Virus genome (UHGV): UHGV-1756682
Reading direction: 5' to 3' (one strand)
Length of the DNA: 20,317 bases
Source of the DNA: a virus
Shown: one piece after another, positions 15,610 through 20,317 of the stretch
Numbering within the stretch: position 1 is the stretch's first letter
How the letters are laid out: every line of letters starts with the position of its first letter
Translations under genes and position numbers: made by a program
The notes under the pieces: generated by a model
The model's database searches: none
Seen by the model: only the letters and a program-made list of their open reading frames with translations
Told to the model about the DNA's origin: nothing

Positions 15610-15816
15610 ATGATGGACAATTATTTTAAATCTGGCGATAACCGAGTATCTGATTCTGAGCACCAGCGTTTAGTGGCTACCAAAGCAGCTCTTGAAATTA
15701 TCAAGGCCGCCGTATCTGCCCCTACTCATGCGAAAAACGTGTCTTATGATTTGGAGGAGGCAATAAAATATCTTCCACGGTTGACTGATGCTATTCAGGA
15801 AACGATTGGCAAATAG
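15610..15816 (+). CDS. hypothetical small helical protein (68 aa)
   Basis: Track ORF with GGAAGG upstream of the ATGATG start. Followed by an AU-rich hairpin plus T-run at 15869-15891. Confidence 0.5.
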   Translation: MMDNYFKSGDNRVSDSEHQRLVATKAALEIIKAAVSAPTHAKNVSYDLEEAIKYLPRLTDAIQETIGK

Positions 15817-15956
15817 CATTTGATTTTAGTTTTATTATCTCACCTTAAATATGAGTGAGATTAATACAAAGCTACCTACGAGTAGCTTTTTAATGGCTTG
15901 TACCTTACACGGGATAACTTAACTGATATCCCCACAAGCGGATAAAGAGATTCTCA

Positions 15957-16082
15957 ATGTCCAACATCTACCAAATCACGTTAACCACCCAAACAGGCGA
16001 AACCGTTACGAGCAAGACGTCACGATTTCAGCATGAGTTGGTTAACGGCTTTGTGCCGCTTGTGATCGAGACGGGAGAGTGA
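15957..16082 (+). CDS. small ORF (41 aa), possibly the 5' part of an opal-interrupted 63-codon gene
   Basis: ATG 15957 with AAGAGA 6 nt upstream. After the TGA at 16080-16082 the frame stays open for 21 more codons (LYFSPDNVKRIQFTPELNDEA) to the TGA at 16146-16148. Confidence 0.3.
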   Translation: MSNIYQITLTTQTGETVTSKTSRFQHELVNGFVPLVIETGE

Positions 16083-16212
16083 CTGTATTTCTCTCCCGAC
16101 AATGTGAAGCGCATACAGTTCACGCCAGAATTGAATGATGAAGCGTGATAAGTGGCTATTTTGTGGTATAGGTTTATGCGCTAAAACAATCAATTAGCTC
16201 AGTCAATGATCT

Positions 16213-16737
16213 CTATTGTCCTGCAACTTGTTTAGTGAGTCTTAGGATGATGCTGCCAAGAATAGCTATGAATTTTTCACGATTATTGGCATCTGGACGG
16301 TTAAGATTCAGCTCAATGTCTCCAACTTTTATGCCGAATCTTGCTGAGTTAATGAGATCTTCCTGACCACCTCGGCTAATAAATGTTCGTAATGATTCAA
16401 TTTCTGCGTCAGTTATTTCCGGGTTGTCTATTTGATGAGAGCGAACATTTCTTATTCTATTTAGGCGTTTAAGTTCTGCGACGGAGTGTTCATTTAGGCC
16501 GAGGTTGGCAGCTAGCTGAATTTTTGCGGCATAGGTCATGGTTAAGATTTCACCAAATCCATCAAATAGATTTTGGTTACCTACAGCGGCGCAACAAAAT
16601 GCCTCAATCATTGCTTCTGTAATCAGATGTACTCTTAAAACCAAACCAATATCATCTTCAGTATTTACTAACCTTTCAATTCGTTGCCAAGTTGCTTCGT
16701 TCATTATGAACTTTGATTCAAAAATTTCAGGATTCAT
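16213..16737 (-). CDS. hypothetical protein (174 aa), antisense moron between lysis and packaging genes; HEPN-like R-x4-H motif (speculative)
   Basis: Track ORF on the minus strand. ATG 16735-16737 with AAGGT upstream. Only 27 bp separate its start from the divergent terS start. DNA visibly AT-rich. Contains LNRIRNVRSHQ. Confidence 0.6.
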   Translation of the reverse strand: MNPEIFESKFIMNEATWQRIERLVNTEDDIGLVLRVHLITEAMIEAFCCAAVGNQNLFDGFGEILTMTYAAKIQLAANLGLNEHSVAELKRLNRIRNVRSHQIDNPEITDAEIESLRTFISRGGQEDLINSARFGIKVGDIELNLNRPDANNREKFIAILGSIILRLTKQVAGQ

Positions 16738-16764
16738 TTATTTACCTTATCAGCAGGGGAAAAT

Positions 16765-17292
16765 ATGGCGCTCACTGACAAACAAGAAATGTTCTGTCGC
16801 GAGTACCTCATCGATTTAAACGCCACGCAAGCGGCTATTCGGGCGGGGTACAGCGCAAAAACAGCCAACCGTACTGCGTCCGAAAACATGTCAAAACCTG
16901 ACATACAACTCAGAATCTCCGAATTGAAAGCACAACGCAATGACTCTGTTGGAATAAATGCAGAATATGTACTTAATCGCCTTATTGAAATCGACCAGAT
17001 GGATGTGCTCGACATTCTCCTGCAAAACGGTGAGTTAAAGCCCATTAAAGACTGGCCTAAGGTATGGCGCACAACGTTATCAGGAATGGATGTTGTGGAG
17101 ATGGTATCCGCAGATAGTGCAGCACTCCTGAAGAAAATCAAATGGCCTGATAAGGTTAAAAACCTCGAACTTCTTGGTAAGCATGTTTCTGTTCAGGCGT
17201 TTAAAGAACAAGCTTCTCACGAACTAACAGGCAAAGACGGCGGCGCAATCCAGATTGAAACATCACCGATGAGCACTCTATTCGGAAAATGA
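16765..17292 (+). CDS. terminase small subunit
   Basis: MALTDKQEMFCREYLIDLNATQAAIRAGYSAKTANRTASENMSKPDIQLRISELKAQR is a typical terS HTH N-terminus. Directly precedes terL with an ATGA overlap. Confidence 0.85.
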   Translation: MALTDKQEMFCREYLIDLNATQAAIRAGYSAKTANRTASENMSKPDIQLRISELKAQRNDSVGINAEYVLNRLIEIDQMDVLDILLQNGELKPIKDWPKVWRTTLSGMDVVEMVSADSAALLKKIKWPDKVKNLELLGKHVSVQAFKEQASHELTGKDGGAIQIETSPMSTLFGK

Positions 17293-18701
17293 CCTCGATT
17301 AATCCTATCTTTGAACCGTTCATTGAGGCGCATCGCTACAAAGTCGCCAAAGGCGGTCGAGGTAGCGGTAAGTCATGGGCAATTGCGAGGCTTCTTGTTG
17401 AAGCGGCGCGTCGGCAGCCTGTGCGTATTCTTTGCGCTCGTGAGCTGCAAAACAGTATCAGCGATTCGGTAATCCGGTTGCTTGAAGACACCATCGAGCG
17501 TGAAGGATATTCGGCTGAGTTTGAAATTCAGCGTTCCATGATTCGTCATCTCGGAACGAATGCTGAATTCATGTTCTACGGCATCAAAAACAACCCGACG
17601 AAGATTAAATCGCTCGAAGGCATTGATATCTGTTGGGTGGAAGAAGCTGAAGCGGTAACGAAGGAATCATGGGATATCCTGATACCAACCATCCGCAAGC
17701 CATTTTCCGAAATATGGGTGAGCTTCAACCCGAAGAACATACTCGACGATACCTATCAGCGGTTCGTCGTAAATCCTCCTGATGATATTTGCCTGCTGAC
17801 GGTGAACTACACCGACAACCCGCACTTTCCTGAAGTTCTCCGTCTGGAGATGGAAGAGTGCAAACGCAGAAATCCGACACTGTATCGTCACATCTGGCTT
17901 GGTGAGCCAGTAAGCGCAAGTGATATGGCAATCATCAAACGTGAATGGCTTGAAGCCGCAACCGATGCGCACAAGAAACTCGGATGGAAAGCGAAAGGCG
18001 CTGTTGTTTCTGCACATGACCCGTCAGATACAGGGCCAGATGCTAAAGGTTACGCATCGCGCCACGGTTCGGTAGTTAAGCGCATTGCCGAAGGTCTGCT
18101 GATGGACATCAACGATGGTGCTGACTGGGCTACTTCGCTGGCGATTGAAGACGGCGCTGACCACTACCTGTGGGATGGTGATGGTGTTGGTGCCGGGCTA
18201 CGCAGACAGACAACGGAAGCGTTCTCCGGCAAGAAAATCACCGCCACGATGTTCAAGGGCAGCGAATCGCCGTTCGATGAAGATGCACCGTATCAGGCCG
18301 GAGCATGGGCTGATGAAGTCGTGCAGGGCGACAACGTTCGCACTATTGGCGATGTGTTCCGCAATAAGCGAGCGCAATTCTATTACGCGCTGGCTGACAG
18401 GCTGTATCTGACATATCGGGCGGTTGTCCACGGTGAGTATGCAGACCCCGACGACATGCTGAGTTTCGACAAAGAAGCGATAGGCGAGAAGATGCTGGAG
18501 AAGCTGTTTGCAGAACTGACGCAGATTCAGCGCAAATTCAATAACAACGGGAAGCTGGAGCTTATGACTAAGGTCGAAATGAAGCAGAAGCTCGGTATTC
18601 CATCTCCTAACCTGGCTGATGCGCTGATGATGTGTATGCATTGCCCGGCATTGGTCCGCGAAGAAACAGAAATATACGTTCCCTCATCCTCCGGTTGGTA
18701 A
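17289..18701 (+). CDS. terminase large subunit (ATPase/nuclease)
   Basis: 470-aa ORF with Walker A (VAKGGRGSGKSWA) and Walker B-like (IDICWVEEAE) motifs and a C-terminal nuclease-like region. Confidence 0.9.
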   Translation: MTSINPIFEPFIEAHRYKVAKGGRGSGKSWAIARLLVEAARRQPVRILCARELQNSISDSVIRLLEDTIEREGYSAEFEIQRSMIRHLGTNAEFMFYGIKNNPTKIKSLEGIDICWVEEAEAVTKESWDILIPTIRKPFSEIWVSFNPKNILDDTYQRFVVNPPDDICLLTVNYTDNPHFPEVLRLEMEECKRRNPTLYRHIWLGEPVSASDMAIIKREWLEAATDAHKKLGWKAKGAVVSAHDPSDTGPDAKGYASRHGSVVKRIAEGLLMDINDGADWATSLAIEDGADHYLWDGDGVGAGLRRQTTEAFSGKKITATMFKGSESPFDEDAPYQAGAWADEVVQGDNVRTIGDVFRNKRAQFYYALADRLYLTYRAVVHGEYADPDDMLSFDKEAIGEKMLEKLFAELTQIQRKFNNNGKLELMTKVEMKQKLGIPSPNLADALMMCMHCPALVREETEIYVPSSSGW

Positions 18702-18703
18702 AC

Positions 18704-20317
18704 ATGGCAGAGACATTAGAGAAAAAACATGAGCGGATCATGCTCAGGTTTGACCGCGCCTATTCTCCACAGCAGGAAGTGCGCGAAAAGTGCATTGAAG
18801 CTACGAGGTTTGCTCGTGTCCCCGGAGGTCAATGGGAAGGAGCAACGGCGGCTGGAACTAAGCTTGATGAGCAGTTCGAGAAGTATCCTAAGTTTGAAAT
18901 CAATAAGGTAGCAACTGAACTTAACCGCATCATTGCAGAATACCGCAATAACAGAATCACTGTTAAGTTTCGTCCTGGTGACAGAGAGGCAAGCGAAGAG
19001 TTAGCCAATAAATTAAATGGTCTGTTCCGTGCTGACTACGAAGAAACTGATGGCGGTGAGGCTTGCGATAATGCATTTGACGACGCTGCTACTGGTGGTT
19101 TCGGTTGCTTCCGTTTGACGTCGATGCTGGTCAATGAATACGACCCCATGGACGATCGTCAGCGTATTGCTATTGAACCAATATACGACCCGTCGCGCTC
19201 TGTGTGGTTTGACCCTGACGCTAAGAAGTACGACAAATCTGACGCGTTGTGGGCGTTCTGCATGTATTCGTTGTCACCTGAAAAATATGAGGCTGAATAC
19301 GGAAAGAAACCTCCTGCTTCTCTGGATGTAACGTCTATGACCAGTTGGGAATATGACTGGTTTGATGCAGATGTTATTTACATAGCGAAGTATTACGAAG
19401 TTCGTAAAGAGTCTGTTGACGTCATCAGTTATCGACATCCAATCACTGGAGAGATTGCAACATACGACAGTGATCAGGTTGAAGATATTGAAGATGAACT
19501 GGCAATAGCTGGATTTCATGAAGTGGCAAGGCGCTCAGTGAAGCGCCGTCGTGTGTATGTATCCGTAGTGGATGGTGATGGTTTCCTTGAGAAACCTCGA
19601 CGTATTCCTGGTGAACATATCCCCCTCATCCCGGTTTATGGAAAACGCTGGTTCATTGATGACATTGAGCGTGTCGAAGGGCATATTGCAAAAGCAATGG
19701 ATCCACAGCGTTTGTACAACCTTCAGGTATCAATGCTGGCTGATACTGCAGCGCAAGACCCCGGTCAGATCCCTATAGTTGGCATGGAGCAAATTCGTGG
19801 ACTTGAGAAGCACTGGGAGGCTCGCAACAAGAAACGACCAGCGTTCTTGCCGTTGCGCGAAGTGAGAGATAAATCTGGCAACATCATCGCTGGAGCTACC
19901 CCGGCAGGATATACACAGCCCGCGGTTATGAATCAGGCATTGGCTGCATTACTACAGCAAACCAGTGCTGATATTCAGGAGGTTACAGGCGGCAGTCAGG
20001 CCATGCAGCAGATGCCAAGTAATATTGCTCAGGAAACGGTTAACAACTTGATGAACAGAGCAGATATGGCTTCGTTTATCTATCTGGACAATATGGCGAA
20101 AAGTCTTAAACGCGCTGGTGAAGTATGGCTGTCAATGGCTCGTGAAGTGTACGGTTCAGAGCGTGAAGTGCGCATCGTTAACGAAGATGGAAGTGATGAT
20201 ATCGCTGTCCTGAGCGCACAGGTTGTTGACAGGCAAACAGGGGCTGTTGTTGCGTTAAATGACCTTTCTGTCGGTCGATACGATGTGACGGTTGATGTTG
20301 GACCAAGCTACACAGCA
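18704..20317 (+). CDS. portal protein, P22 gp1-like (3' end beyond window)
   Basis: Frame open from ATG 18704 to the window end (538 codons). Translation parallels P22 portal as I recall it (EHIPLIPVYGKRWFIDD... versus EHIPIVPVFGEWGFVED...; ...GRYDVTVDVGPSY versus ...GRYECYTDVGPSF). Absent from track because no in-window stop. Confidence 0.85.
   Translation, partial: MAETLEKKHERIMLRFDRAYSPQQEVREKCIEATRFARVPGGQWEGATAAGTKLDEQFEKYPKFEINKVATELNRIIAEYRNNRITVKFRPGDREASEELANKLNGLFRADYEETDGGEACDNAFDDAATGGFGCFRLTSMLVNEYDPMDDRQRIAIEPIYDPSRSVWFDPDAKKYDKSDALWAFCMYSLSPEKYEAEYGKKPPASLDVTSMTSWEYDWFDADVIYIAKYYEVRKESVDVISYRHPITGEIATYDSDQVEDIEDELAIAGFHEVARRSVKRRRVYVSVVDGDGFLEKPRRIPGEHIPLIPVYGKRWFIDDIERVEGHIAKAMDPQRLYNLQVSMLADTAAQDPGQIPIVGMEQIRGLEKHWEARNKKRPAFLPLREVRDKSGNIIAGATPAGYTQPAVMNQALAALLQQTSADIQEVTGGSQAMQQMPSNIAQETVNNLMNRADMASFIYLDNMAKSLKRAGEVWLSMAREVYGSEREVRIVNEDGSDDIAVLSAQVVDRQTGAVVALNDLSVGRYDVTVDVGPSYTA

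Noticed and set aside
15869-15891. Hairpin AAGCTAC-CTACGA-GTAGCTT plus T-run as a defined terminator
   Set aside because: The stem is AU-rich with only three GC pairs and the T-run partly lies within the stem. Mentioned under the 68-aa gene but too weak to call as a feature.
16538-18641. ORFs 16538..16819 (+), 16734..17141 (-), 17667..18017 (-), 17725..17931 (-), 18115..18411 (+), 18198..18641 (-)
   Set aside because: They overlap the 174-aa gene, terS or terL in other frames or on the opposite strand, with no independent support.
18729-19778. ORFs 18729..18911 (+), 19134..19331 (+), 19274..19519 (-), 19572..19778 (+)
   Set aside because: All lie within the long open portal frame (18704 to window end) in alternative frames or antisense.
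1-20317. CRISPR arrays, integrase/attachment sites or IS elements
   Set aside because: No regularly spaced direct repeats with unique spacers, no integrase-like ORF and no terminal inverted repeats flanking a transposase were seen; the window appears to be internal to the prophage.

Overview
This window is the central region of a lambdoid temperate phage or prophage of an enterobacterial host. It is a mosaic: lambda-type regulation and lysis genes are joined to a DnaB-type helicase and P22/Sf6-like packaging genes. All calls are from reading the sequence and ORF track by eye; no searches or computations were run, and similarity to lambda proteins is from memory. Layout, left to right: (1) a leftward early operon on the minus strand, 1-4275, with N, an unknown 207-aa gene, an AT-rich 65-aa gene bracketed by terminators, a CIII-like gene, RecT, a Gp157-family gene and several small coupled genes; (2) the immunity region, 4382-6434, with nutL, OL/PL, a small membrane protein in the rex position, cI, OR/PRM/PR, cro, nutR and cII; (3) replication, 6617-8874, with an O-like initiator carrying internal iterons, a DnaB-family helicase and a tR2-like terminator; (4) the nin region, 8893-12545, with NinB, NinE, a C5 cytosine methyltransferase, NinF, NinG and a NinH-NinI fusion ORF created by a 14-bp tandem duplication; (5) Q (QuuD/82-like), a PR' candidate, and the lysis genes S, R, Rz and embedded Rz1; (6) an accessory region, 14772-16764, with a KilA-N gene broken by an in-frame TAA, small ORFs and an antisense AT-rich 174-aa gene; (7) terS, terL and the 5' part of a P22-like portal gene. 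I found no tRNA, rRNA or CRISPR array. The best candidates for undescribed accessory functions are the membrane protein after cI (4644-5012), the antisense 174-aa gene (16213-16737) and the N-proximal 207-aa and 65-aa genes (3106-3964); none could be assigned a function from sequence alone.
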